This document shows, one piece after another, positions 37,923 to 50,600 of a stretch of 64,000 nt of DNA. Under the pieces are notes generated by a model. The model searched no databases. It saw nothing but the letters and a program-made list of their open reading frames with translations, and had not been told where the DNA came from. Source of the DNA: Azolla caroliniana. Its lineage: Eukaryota > Plantae > Polypodiophyta. Every line of letters begins with the position of its first letter. The stretch's first letter is position 1. The DNA is taken from assembly GCA_043228905.1 (NCBI GenBank), contig JBHGNT010000006.1, positions 21,204,001-21,268,000 on the forward strand. The letters run 5' to 3'. A program made the position numbers and the translations under genes.

Positions 37923-40900
37923 GGTCACGATATCTGTCACTATGTGCGGATCGTGAGGCGGAACCGTCGGGGTTCTGGACCGGAAGGATTTGAAGTTTGT
38001 ACTAGCTTTAGCGAGAAAATATTTTAGATAGATTGAGAGAGATTGATATGGAGAAAGAGAGAGATTGAGATAAAGATTTAAGTGCTTAACTTTAGATTTG
38101 AGAGACAAGATACATCAACAATAGGATAACAATTTTCGTGCTTTTTATTTCTTGATTAATACATAGCCTGTTTTTCTTCTCCATCCACTCTTTTATAGAT
38201 GCCCCCATGCATATGCATGTGAGGGTGCAAGACATGCATGTAATGCATGTAATGCATGAGATGCATGTTTGCCATTTGGCGCTCATACATTACATGTGTT
38301 GCATGATAACCATGTCACTCATTCAACCTCTCATGCATGAGAATTTATATGTGAAAGTATAATGATAAAAATATAACTTAAAGAAATGACTTTCCTTTTT
38401 CATTTCACATCGAAAATCTTCAAGACACCGTGCATCGCGATCAACCTATTCGACCAATCCAATTCCGTCTGTCCTGACCGGTTCGATCCGCATTCCATTC
38501 GGTCCGGTCCGAATCCATCCGTCTGTTCCGGTTCCGATTCCGTCTCCGATTCCGGTCCCGTCACCATCCGGTTCCGGTCCGAATGCGTCCGTCGCCGTCC
38601 AAAACAAATTTGAACAACTTGCCTTATCCATTAATCTAAGTTATACAACCCAACCCTTTTGTGCTCCTAACACATAGATAAAATATAAAGAGATATAGCT
38701 CTAGTTATATACTCTTGAATTCGGATGTTGTCCTATCTATGTGGGATATCTCATAGTTTTGTATTACTCTTCTTTTTCTCATATTTCACACTCACATAAC
38801 TTGACATTGAGTTGTTCGTTTCAAACTTAGTAAGTATATTCGAAAGCTCTTGAAGACATCTATCTTTTCGTACAAAGATATTAAACTAATATAAAATAGT
38901 AACTTCACTATCATTGTTTCATATTGTGTGTGAAGAACCACACTTGATTTTGTACATTCCATGCAATTTTCACACCGTTGCCGAAAATCTTCACGACATC
39001 CACCCCGACCAAACCGTACGTCCTCCGGTACGTGCCAAGAAGAGAGTGTGAGATTTTAGCTATGGTGGTTAATCAGATTCCTCCATGTCCTTGTTCACAA
39101 TACTCAAGTCTGTTGGTTCAGTCCTACTATCTTCATCGTTGAGGTTATCGAGGTCAGGATCCTTGTCTTATCTTTTCTTGAAAATCTTTACTCTTTTTCC
39201 CGCAATGGGTATGGTCAACCTTGACCCGTCTAGCTCCGCAAGGTGGTATGTGGCATTGTCGTTGGCACTTGTCACCACATATGGTCTGAACCATCTTCTT
39301 GCGAACTTTCTTGTCGTCCTGTGTTGATTGTCAAGGCTGCTGTCGTAGACCAATACCCAATCTCCTTCTTTGATCTTCTTGGGATGCAGTCGATGTGTCT
39401 TGTCGAACCGAATCTTGTTCCTCACTCGGGCTGCCTCCATCATCTTTCGTGCTTTCTCTAAATCTTCAGGCCTTCTTTCAAGTTGCCTTATCCATGTCGC
39501 TAGTAATTCTTCTCGGCTCATCTCGTTCTCCCATGGTATCGCTACCCATGAGGCGATCGTCCTTTCGATGGGCATTACTGACTTCTATCCATACATAAGC
39601 TCTGTTGGCATATAGCTTGTCACTGAACTGTGTGTAGTTCTGTCGGCCCACAAGGCATAGGGCAATAGTCGTGGCCCGTTCCCGAATCGACCATTACATG
39701 CTTGTACGATGGCTTTGACGATTGGTCCATGCTGTCGCTCGATCTTCCCATTCACTTCTGGATTGTAGGCAGTTGTGAGGGAGAGCTTCACGCCTAGTCA
39801 TTCAAAGAGCTCCGTTGCTTCGTGTGCATCCAACTCCCCTCGGTAGGCCACTATCTTTCCCACACATCCTTATCGACAAACAACCTCTTCGAGTAGAAAT
39901 TTGGAAACAACTGACATCATCTTATTTGCCAAGGCCCATCCTTCCACTTGATTTGTCAAGTCTTCTCTTGCCAGAACTAAGTACTTCATTTGACCCACTC
40001 CCATTGGCATCAAGACCAGATCCACCATCCATTTGAAGTGTATGGTGAGCGGGTATGTCGGCCGTAACTCATGACGATGACGTATGTTTGAATGTACTTG
40101 GCAAATTTCACATGTGGACACGAAATGGAGTACATATTTGTACATGCTTGGCCACCAGTACTTTTCCTTCAACTTTTCGAACATCGCCCATGTTCCTCTA
40201 TGACCCGCCCAAGGATTCTCGTGGAATTCGGTCATCAGAGTCACTTGCTCTTCTTTCTTCACCACCACTCGACGTGGCATTCCCGTCCTTCTTTTTGGGT
40301 GTCACTAGAGGAATCTTCCCTTCAGGAAGTATTGGTAAGCTTTCGTCCGGATTCATAGAGCCTCCTCTTTCGTCAATGAAGCATCCGCCGTTATTATTCT
40401 TAAGAATCTACCGATCAGTAACCACTCTCCTTCGTACTCGTCCTCGTTGAAGGCGTGGAGGGTTAGTGTGTGCTTGTCTTCCACCGATAGTCAGGCCATC
40501 TTGAAGAAGTCGAGGGTGACGTCTTCATCTTCCGAAACCATGTCACTTTCATTCTCAAATCTTGCCCTCGATAGCATGTCAGCCATGGCGTTCTTCTTTT
40601 CTGCAATGTGGCGGATCTTTGGGTTTAAAGACTTGATATAGGTGATCCACCTTAGCATAGTTAGATCTGGTGTTGCACATCCTGAGATCATCCTGAGGAT
40701 TGGGAGACAACCTGTCTCAATTATCACATCCAACACGATCAGGTAGGCTTTTGTCCATCTCACTGCAGACACAATACCCCAAAGTTCTCACTTGACTTGG
40801 GCGTATCTTTGTTGTCGTTCGCTGAGAACCGTTGCTCCGAACCAGATGACATACCCCGCATTATCTTCTCCTTCTTGGTTGATGACCCACCCGATTCCGG

Positions 40901-41005
40901 TTGGGCTCATATCTACAATCACATAAATCGGCTTTCCTTCGGTATAGTTAGCCTTCCTTAGTGCTGGAGCTTCAAGAAGTAGTTTCTTCAATCTTCGCAT
41001 CGCGT

Positions 41006-42031
41006 TGTCGTGAAGATCCGTCACTACGTGCGGATCGTGAGGCAGAACCTCCGGGGTTCTGGACTGGAAGTATTCAAAGTCGGTACAAGCTTTGGCGAGA
41101 AAGTACTTAAGATAGACTGGGAAAGAGAGAAGTTGAGATTAAACGATTGAGAGAGATTGATTGAACTTTTATCTTTGGATTTAAGAAACAAGTTACACCA
41201 TCAATTTGATAACGAATTTCTTCTTCTTAATTTCATAATAAAAAAAAACCGTGTTTTTTCTCCTCCCCCTTCTTTTATAGATGCTCTCATGCATATGATG
41301 CATGTGAGGGTACAAGACACGCATAAATTGCATGTTTGCCATTTGGCGCTTATGTATTACATGTGGTGCATGATAACCATGTCACTCATTTTAGCTCTCA
41401 TGTATGAGAATTTACATGTAAAAGTACAATGATAGAAATATAAATTCAACTAAATGGCATGGCTTAATGGTAAGCCAATTGACTCCTAACTTGGAGGTGC
41501 AAGGTTCGAATCCTTACTTGCCCTCCTTGTATATGTATATATGTATATATATTTATTTATCTAATCGTCGGATGCCGTCGGTTACCGGTGTCTCGCCGGA
41601 TGTCGTCGCCAATCCCCGCCGGATCACCGGCTCCATCGCCGGTCCGGTTTTGGTTGGCCAAAACCCTTTACGAGTAGCTAGCCCACCTCCACTCTTAGTT
41701 CAAGTTACCTTGAACTCTCTATGCTCCACACATAAACACAAAGATAATATCTTTTGCTCTACCTTATATATGATGAGAGTCGTATTTGTCGTGCCTATGT
41801 GGGATATCTCACAATTTTCTCTTTTCCTTTCACAAACTTTATACCCTCATATCTCGACATTTAGTTGTCCGTTTCTCGTGTAATAAAGTGCATTCAAAAC
41901 CTCCATCATTTTGTACTTAGATATTAAATTTATTTAAAATGTTATCTTCACAATTATTGTATTATGTGATTCATACTCGATTTCGTACGTTTTATGGGAT
42001 TTTCACACTATTGCCGAAAATCTTCACGACA
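41006..42031 (-). mobile_element. Solo LTR of the Gypsy D family inserted into the pol gene of Gypsy D
   Basis: Perfect 12-bp terminal inverted repeat TGTCGTGAAGAT..ATCTTCACGACA. Flanks are GCGT/ACGT. Removing it restores the frame DEHTNAMRRLKK. Confidence 0.9.
41453..41525 (+). promoter_or_regulatory. tRNA-like Pol III type-2 promoter module inside the solo LTR
   Basis: A box TGGCTTAATGG at 41460-41470; B box GGTTCGAATCC at 41503-41513; T-arm AAGG/CCTT; CTCCTAA anticodon-loop-like heptamer. Confidence 0.75.
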
Positions 42032-45000
42032 ACGTTTGTATGCTCGTCTCACCATTCGAACTTCATTATTTTCTTTAGCAATCCATATAATGGATCGACG
42101 ACATGAGCGTAGTACGGAATCTAGATATGATAAAACGTGCATGCTTCAAGGAATCTTCGAACCTCCGTTTGGGTTACACATTCTTCTTTCATGTCCAGGA
42201 TCGCGTTCACCTTGGATGGCGAAGGATTCCGGCCGTATGCTCCACACAAGTGACCTACCACCAGGATCTCCGATTGCCTGAATGCAGTTTTTTCTCCTGA
42301 AAATGTCAAATTCGCATCTTCGAGCCTTTGGAGCACCTTCTCGCAATCTTTCATATGATCCACAACGAACTTTCTACAACGTTCCTTATCTTTCGATTCA
42401 TCCTTCTCCTCATCCGAACATCTTTCAAGACCTCGTTCATGGCATTCACCATATGAGCCACCGAGTTCGTTGCACCTTGAGGTAAGGTACACATCCGCAC
42501 AAGCCCAATCAGAGTTCTCATAGTTGTAATGTCACGATTGTCGACTGCCAACTGGAATTGATCGTATCCAGAGTAGAGATCACCAATGGAGTAGATAGAC
42601 CGTCTTGCAAATGCTTCGGCAAATTCATCCACACTCGGACTGATTCCAGCATTCCGAATTGTCACCTTGTTGACGGGTTGAAGATCTTGGATGAATTGCA
42701 ATGATCCATTCTTCTTCGGCATTGTGAACCACCTATTAGAATAGGGAGCATTCGACGGTTCCAAACTTCCCATATCCACCTTCTCCTTTAAGAGCTCAAT
42801 CAGCTTCAGTAGGTGTGCTCTCGGAATCGGTATCAGTTTCAAATTCCAAGGCACGTGCAACACCGTGAAGATCACCATCGGTTCTATCGTCCTTGAATTA
42901 GCACATCCTATTTCTTGTGGGAAAAATGTGAAACCCTTCCCAGGTCTTTCAAGCATTCCGCGGAACATTCACTCCTCTTCAGGGAGGAGGAAATCTTCCT
43001 TCCCAACTTGTAGCTTTCTTTTCGTCTCTTCGGTGAAGACATGACCTATTGCCTTTGGATCCCTTAGGCTTGGATCATTGGTGACTTCCTTCATCTTTTG
43101 CTAGCTATCTTTTGGTAGCGGAACCGCAATTGGATTGATCTTTCTATCCACCGTTTTATATTTTGTGTTGACTCCAACTTCCTCCATGAAGATGCCTCGA
43201 TGATATTCATTGATGATAGTATACATGTTGACGGAGTTAATCGAAATCACATGTTGATTGTGAAGATAGCTCAAGTCCACGACTTCCTCAATTTCGCTGA
43301 TGGTGTCGTTAAATGAGGCCTCTTCCATAATATGAGTCACAAATTCTTCTTCGTCGATTATGTTTTCTTCTTTCAGCATCTTCTCGAAGTCTTGTATCCG
43401 ACGCTTGTCCTTCTTGTTGGGTAGTACTGGTTTACATGCGCCAGTAGGTGTGACACATGTTGCTTCTCCTTGTAATCCACGAGCTCTACTTTCTTGTGGG
43501 GACTTGTGATTGATCGGACTATTTGTGCCCCATGCTTCAATAGTCCACTCTAAAAATCCGAGGAGTCGCCTCCAAGGTTATCTCGATTTCTTTCATGATT
43601 AGCCTGCACTGTTAGGAATTGAACAGATCTTTGGTTGTCAAGACTCTTGATCCGCGCGAAGGCTACTCCATTATCGAACACCTTGGTCTCCATCCGGGAT
43701 GATGTGATATACGGTTGTCCTAGGATGATAGGATGCGAAGCCGATTCTTGCACAAAGAAGTGTTGATCCATCTCCACATCCCCAATTGTGACTTTAACAT
43801 TTGGACAAGCTCCATACAAGTCCTCTGTGGTCTTTGTTGCCGCTCGAATCTTCCATCCATGGTTTGTGTTAGTTGGCCATCTTCCTTTTTTGTAGAACTC
43901 GGTTGACATGAGGTTGATCTCCGAGCCATGGTCGATCAAGGCTACCACGGTCTCTTTCTTCTCCCCGATCTTCATCGGCGTCTCCGTTGTCGCTTGTGCC
44001 CAATGAGGTTTAGTATAGTGGCTGTCCACCAAATCTTCATTGACTTCGTCCCTTGCCATCGTTAGGGCATTTGTTTTTGCTATTAACGACTTCTCTTCTT
44101 CCTCGTTCGACTATTGCCTTTTTCTCTTCACAAGGTCCACGATCGTATCATGGAACTCCTTCTTCGTAATGCCGAGCAATTCCCTCGAGGACAAGGTCAC
44201 GTGGTTATCGAGAACACGTTCCTCGAGAATCTTCTTTAGATATGTCGTTTGCTCTATGTCAGAACTTAGCTTATAGGTAGGCATAATTCTTGTCTTCCGA
44301 GTGGGGTCTTCGACACCAACCTTCACGGGCCGAACCGTTTCTTCGACTCATTTGCTCGACTCCCCTTTCCGGCTTGAGTCTTACTCCATTTGTAAAGCTC
44401 GACTTGTTTCTGCATCTTCTTTCTTTTTTGCACTCCTTGTTTCATGTCTTTTTGATGGGTTATCTTACCCTTCCATTCTTTTTCTCTTTTCATCCACAAA
44501 CACCTTGTGGTTGTCACACATCACTTCCGCGAATATGGTGTTGTCATCCACAGGATCCGACCATCCGGTTATGCTTTGCACACTTCGGTCTGCAAGCTCG
44601 ACCTCGTTCGAAGTGACCTTTCCCTTGTTCTCATACTCGAGAACGGTAGACCAAAACTTTGCTCCTACTTTAGCAACTTCCGTTTTGTCTTTCCCGACTC
44701 TTATTCTAGCCAATGAAGCATAGTGCATCGCATCCACATGAGTCGCCTTGGCATCTTCCATGGTTTTCTTCATTCCTCCTCTCCCGAAATTCACCCGTAG
44801 GGGTTTTCTAGTCTCACTTGAGTAGATCATGTTGCCATCTATGTATACGATATTTTGTCGAATGGCGTCTTGAAGGTTCATGCAATCCCTTCTCATGTGG
44901 TCCATGCTATTGCACCACACGCATCTAAAGGATTGTTTTCCTTTGGGCCCCCGACGATACATGTTGGCTAGCGTGACCATCTCGAACTTCTTCGCCAGTT

Positions 45001-47211
45001 TTTCGATGATGTCATCATCAATCTTCTTTTCTTCCGGGTTGCTTTGTTTGGGCGGCTCAGCTACTTTCGGTTGTCTCATTTTCTCCCCAGTCGACCCTGC
45101 CAAGTTGGTGTCATCAACCCACTGACGACGCTTGTCGAGCCTGTTGCACACTCGCTTCACCGCAATCCGGTCTGCCACAAGTCTGTTTGCTTGGGTATCA
45201 TCTTCAAGAAGAGTCCCCAATTCTCTTCTATCCTTCATATCCACAACTTTTAAGAAATACAAAGTCTTGTCCTCCTCAAGCAGCACTTGGTCCGTGTTGG
45301 GGAGACGATTGAACATCTGGTCGAATTCATCGTACACCCTCGAGGTGCTCATCTTCTTATTTTTCTTTTCTATCCACTTCATCAAGGCATGTTAGGTCAT
45401 CCTCGACAAATCTTTCGTCGCGAACTCCGCGAATATTGCTCTCTCGAACTCGGACCATGTTGTCTTGCCTTCTTGAAGATCGATGACACGTTTTTGGATG
45501 TTGTTGGTGACCACTCTCTTGAAACTTGTAATTTGATGCGTTTGGGACATGTCCCTTTGATTCATCTCCCTTTTGTATGCATCAAGGAACTTCGTAATGT
45601 TCCTTCCATCAAATTGACCCTGGAGCTCTACGACACGGTCGACGACCTTCTCCACGCTCGCATCGTTGTCCCGAGAGCTCATCATTTGTTCGACGATTAC
45701 CATCATCCTTTTGAACTCTCCTGCTTGACTGCTTGAGGACGCCATCTCCAAGTATTGGTTGATCCTCAACTTGATCCTTCCTACTGCCTCTTTCACATCG
45801 GGTTCACCACTTAATTATGTTGTGAAAATCCATCACTATGTGCAGATCGTGAGGCGGAACCATCATGGTTCTAGACCGGAAGGATTCGAAGTTTGTACTA
45901 GCTTTAGTGAGAAAATATTTTAGATAGATTGAGAGAGATTGATATGGAAAAAGAGAGAGATTGAGATAAAGATTTAAATGCTTAATTTTAGATTTGAGAG
46001 ACAAGATACATCAATAATAGGATAACAATTTTCATACTTTTTATTTCTTGATTAATACATAGCCCGTTTTTCTTCTCCATCCACTCTTTTATAGATGCCC
46101 CCATGCATATGATGCATGTGAGGGTGCAAGACATGCATGTAATGCATAAAAGGCATGAGATGCATCTTTGCCATTTGGCGCTCATGCATTACATGTGTTG
46201 CATGATAACCATGTCACTCATTCAACCTCTCAAGCGGGCCTAGGCAAGAGTACCCACGCACCCTCAAGCGAGCCTAGGCAAGGAAGTAACACAATTGTCA
46301 TGTGATTCTTCACACACTATGTAAAAAAATAATGAAATAATTATTTTATATTAGCTTAATGGCTTGTTATAGAAAGATGAACGCCTTCAAGAGTTTACGA
46401 ATGCATTTTACTACATATAAAATGGATAACTACATATTAAGTTATGTAACTATGAAGCTTAAGAGGATGAGGGAATACTATAATTTTAGGATATCCCACA
46501 TATAGGAAACTTTAGCATCCAACTATATAAGCATATTGAAAACCATCAGTTTTGATCTATGTGTTAAGAGCACAAAAGGAATGGTTGAACTTGGACCAAT
46601 TTGTCTACATGGACAAATGTGGCTAAGGAACCGACAATCGAAAACCGGATGGAGCCGGCAATCGGAAATTGGACTGGATGGAGCCGGCAATCGGTGATTG
46701 GGTGGAGCCGGAAACCGAAAATTGGACAGAGCTGGCAATTGGAGACTGGACGGAACTGGCAATTGGCAGCCAACAATCGGCAAACGGCGAACGGGTAGAG
46801 CCGGCAACCGGATAGAACTGGCGACCGGACAGAGCCGACAACCGGGAATCGGATGGAATCGGCAACCGCACGAAATCGACAACGAAGCCAGGAATTGGAG
46901 ACTGAACGGAGACAACAACCGGGAATCAGACGAAATCGACAATCGGACGGAACCGTCAATGAAGCCGGCAACAGGGAACTAGACGAAGCCGGCAACCGAA
47001 TGGAACTAGCGATGGGACCGATGACGAAACCAATCAGGTGGAGACTTGACGGATCGGATGGGCGACGATCGAGATGGACGGATGATAGGATCATGCGGCA
47101 AATTAATGTAAAGTAAAGTGAAGGCGATGTCGACGCGTGTAACTGAAGTTGGAGGGCATGCATAAATTAAAGGTCATGTGGAAGGCATACAAAAGAAAGG
47201 TGGTGTCATGA

Positions 47212-47279
47212 TATGGCAAGACTCGAACCCATGACCTTATGCTACATGGGTCGAGCTCTTACCATTAGACTATGAATTG
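47212..47279 (-). promoter_or_regulatory. tRNA-like A/B-box module at the 5' edge of the Gypsy E 5' LTR
   Basis: Reverse complement reads TAGTCTAATGG (47272-47262) .. GGTTCGAGTCT (47229-47219). Confidence 0.7.
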
Positions 47280-47658
47280 TAATTTGGAGGACATTATTTT
47301 CATTTATACTTTATCATAGAAAATTGATGTATATTCTAGATCTCTCTAGAACATTCTAGAAGCTTCAGGATTATTCCTAAAAACACTATAAAAGGAGGCA
47401 CAAGGCATTGTTTTGAACCAAATTGGTTCAACGCCAGTCTTAAGCCTCTTAGCCGATTTGTACTTATCTTTTCACATAATATAAGAGTTGTTGTCATCAT
47501 CCTTCTCTCTCTCTCATTCTCGTTATCTCTCTCTCTCTCTCTCTCCTCTTCTCACTTCCTCTCTCGGGAATCTTACGCAGTCCCGTCCCCTTAGTACTAA
47601 TAGTACTGTTCTTCTTTAGTACTAATTCCATCTCTGCTTTAGTACTATTCCTGACAGT

Positions 47659-47670
47659 TTGAACCAATTT
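47659..47670 (+). promoter_or_regulatory. Self-priming PBS of Gypsy E
   Basis: TTGAACCAATTT is the exact reverse complement of AAATTGGTTCAA (47420-47431), ~33 nt after TATAAAA (47387). No TGG-type tRNA PBS is present. Confidence 0.85.
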
Positions 47671-50600
47671 TCCTCCTCCTACCCTTTTCCCTATACTATG
47701 GCTACTGTTAGCGCCCAAGAATATCAATCCGTTTTCTCCGAGCTACAGTGCTTAAAAGAAAAATTTGTTGCCTTGGAACAAGAAAACCAACGGCTGATAG
47801 GGGATCTGCAACAAATCGCTCTAGAAAAGCAACAAACGCAACAACAACATGGGGAGTTAGCGTTACGGGTGCAACAACTCGAAGCGGCATTGCAACAACA
47901 AGGATCAAGTCCCCAAGGATTTCATAAAGAGCCGAAGATTGGACTTCCTGTGAATTTGATGGAACGTGATTGCAATTCAGGGGATTCCTTAATCAAGTAC
48001 GATTAGTCCTCCAAATTCATCCTTCCCGATACCCCACTGATGCATCCCGAGTCGGCTTAATAGGCACATTTCTTAGCGGCTCAGCCTTAGCATGGTTCAC
48101 TCCGCTTCTAGAAAAACAATCGCCCTTGCTTAATAACTTTGAAGATTTTATTAGTGAGTTCAAAGCTTGCTTTGGAGACACCGACAACATCAGGACGACG
48201 ATCAACAAGATCTGGCGATTGCGTCAAGGCGATCGTCCAGCCTCTGCCTACGCGGCGGATTTCCGCCTACTCGCTTCAGACATACCCTGGGATGATCAAG
48301 CACTAATGGACCAGTTTCGCTATGGCCTGCGAAACGATGTCAAAGATCTACTTCTAACTTTCCCCGAAGAACCAAAGTCTCTTACGGAGGCAATCAGTCG
48401 AGCGGTCCGATGTGACAACTGCCTTTTCGAACGGCGTTCGGAACATCAATTACAGATACCACGCGCTAGGCTGGAGCCCACTTACGCCGCAGTCGCGGCT
48501 AAACCGTTTGCACGAGACATACCTTAATCAAATACTTCGACAGCGACGGAGATCGATACCATGCGTCGACGCGGTCCGTTATCGGAAGAAGAAAAGCAAC
48601 GACGACGTGCAAATCGATTATGTCTTTATTGCGGTGGACCAGGGCATATCGCAATCAATTGTCCCATAGGCCAAGAAGACAAGTAAATCAAATTGTAGCC
48701 TGTACTAAACCCGAGTCAATTCTTCCCTTAGGAGTGTCTGATAGTATTAATAGTACTAATAGAGTGTTTGATAGTATTCATAGTACTAATAGCCTAAGTA
48801 TCTCAAATAAATTTGAAATCCTTAGTCAATTAGAGGAAGAGTTAAATGATTGAGTCCATCCAAAATAGGAGCCGTTTGGTTGGACAACAACCCTAGATCT
48901 GTACAGCCCATTAGTGGTTCCATTCCTTCCAAGCAAGTTAGGAATGTGTTCCTAGCCCAAGTCATTGTTAGTACTAAAAGTACTCCCCCAGTACCCGTCC
49001 TAGCACTTTTAGATTCCGGAGCTAATTCCTGTTTCATGGATCGAAATTTTGCCCAAGCTTCTCAGATATCCTTAAGAAAACTTCCTTGTCCCGCATCTGT
49101 AGTACTCATTGATGGTCGTCCCATTGCTTCCGGGTATATTGTAGAAGAATCAGAACCCATTCAAGTTGTCCTAGGTAGTTTTGTGTGTGTAATATCATTT
49201 AATATAATTAGTAGTCTAGAGCATCCCATTGTCCTAGGATTACCTTGGTTTGAATTACATAATCCAGCCATAGATTGGAGAACAAGAGAAGTCCGATATC
49301 GACCACCCCAAGAATCAACTCACCGAGTTTCGACCATTTCACTCCATCAACTATGCGAAGAAGGACCCAAGGAGGCAATCTTCCTATTTGCAATATCAGT
49401 ACATCCTTCCAGCACTATTAAGAAGGACTCCTCAGTACAACTTCCAGCAAAATATCATCCTTATGCCGATGTATTTGACAAGGTAAAACCTGGCACCCTT
49501 CCTCATCACCGTCCCTATGACTGTCCCATCGATTTACAACCAGGAACCGAGCCACCATGGGGACCAATTTACAACTTGTCACCCACCGAGTTAGAAGTCC
49601 TTCGAGCCTACATAGAGGAGAACTTGGCAAGCGGGTTCATCCGTCATTCGAAATCTCCGGCCGGTGCACCCATCTTCTTTGTCAAGAAGAAATATGGCTC
49701 ACTTCGTCTTGTCGTTGATTACCGCGGATTGAATAAAGTCACCATCTGGAATAGGTATGCACTTCCTCTTATATCAAGTCTTTTAGAGCGAGTTAATGGT
49801 GCCAAGTTTTTTACTAAAATCGACCTACGAGGAGCGTATAACCTCGTGCGGATCCAACCGGGAGATGAATGGAAGACCGCCTTTCGCATGCGGTATGGGC
49901 ATTTCGACTATACTGTTATGCCGTTCGGCCTAACCAATGCACCCGCAGTCTTCCAACACATGGCAAATGATATATTCAGAGACCTCTTGGATATCTGTTT
50001 GATCATTTATCTGGATGATCTATTGATTTATTCGAAGACCCAGGAAGAGCACGATTCTCATGTACTATTAGTACTAAAGCGACTCCGCGAGAATGGTCTT
50101 TATGCCAAGCTAGAAAAATGTAGCTTTGACTGCAAGCAAGTGGAATTTCTAGGCTACGTCATCTCCTCAAAGGGCATCGCCATGGATCCAGCTAAAATCC
50201 AAACTGTACTAGAGTGGCAAATTCCACGGTCGGTACGAGATGTATAATGTTTTCTAGGTTTTGCTAACTTCTACCGTAAGTTTATACAGGATTACTCGAA
50301 GATTATTTTACCTCTCACACAACTTACGAAGAAGGGCCAAGCATTTCTTTGGTCCATAGAAGCAGATATGGCTTTTCGGCATCTTAAGAAAGCCTTTACA
50401 TCAGCATCGATTCTAGCTCATGTGGATACAAGCAAACCATTCATCATGGAGGCCGACGCATCAGATTTCGCCCTCGGTAGCATCCTTTCTCAACAAGGAG
50501 ATAAAGAAGAGTTGCATCCGGTGGCTTTCCATTCGCGCAAATTCGATGTCGCAGAAATCAACTACGAAATACATGACAAGGAGTTATTAGCCATCGTGGA

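Larger units (their letters stand above)
37923..46232 (-). mobile_element. Gypsy D: tRNA-Trp-primed Ty3/gypsy, decayed; 5' LTR truncated
   Basis: 3' LTR ~37923-38998; 5' LTR part 45818-46232; PBS TGGTGAACCCGATGTGAA (rc 45792-45809). Gag 45796-44100, protease ALIDHGSEINL, RT DLYSGYDQ..LPQGATNSVA, RNase H 41005-40490, integrase (H..WAGH..CEIC) 40280-39168. Confidence 0.9.

Noticed and set aside
38200-38340. CATGCA (RY) clusters in D-family LTRs as seed/spore enhancers
   Set aside because: Cannot be separated from CpG-deamination products or simple-repeat expansion without functional data.
41453-41525. Functional tRNA-Arg gene
   Set aside because: The anticodon and acceptor stems do not pair properly and it lies within an LTR. 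Kept only as a tRNA-like promoter module; the same applies to 47212, 52421 and 57812.
46620-47100. CRISPR-like or coding repeat array
   Set aside because: Degenerate, variable-length GC-rich tandem units without unique spacers, inside a plant LTR-like region. No cas genes.
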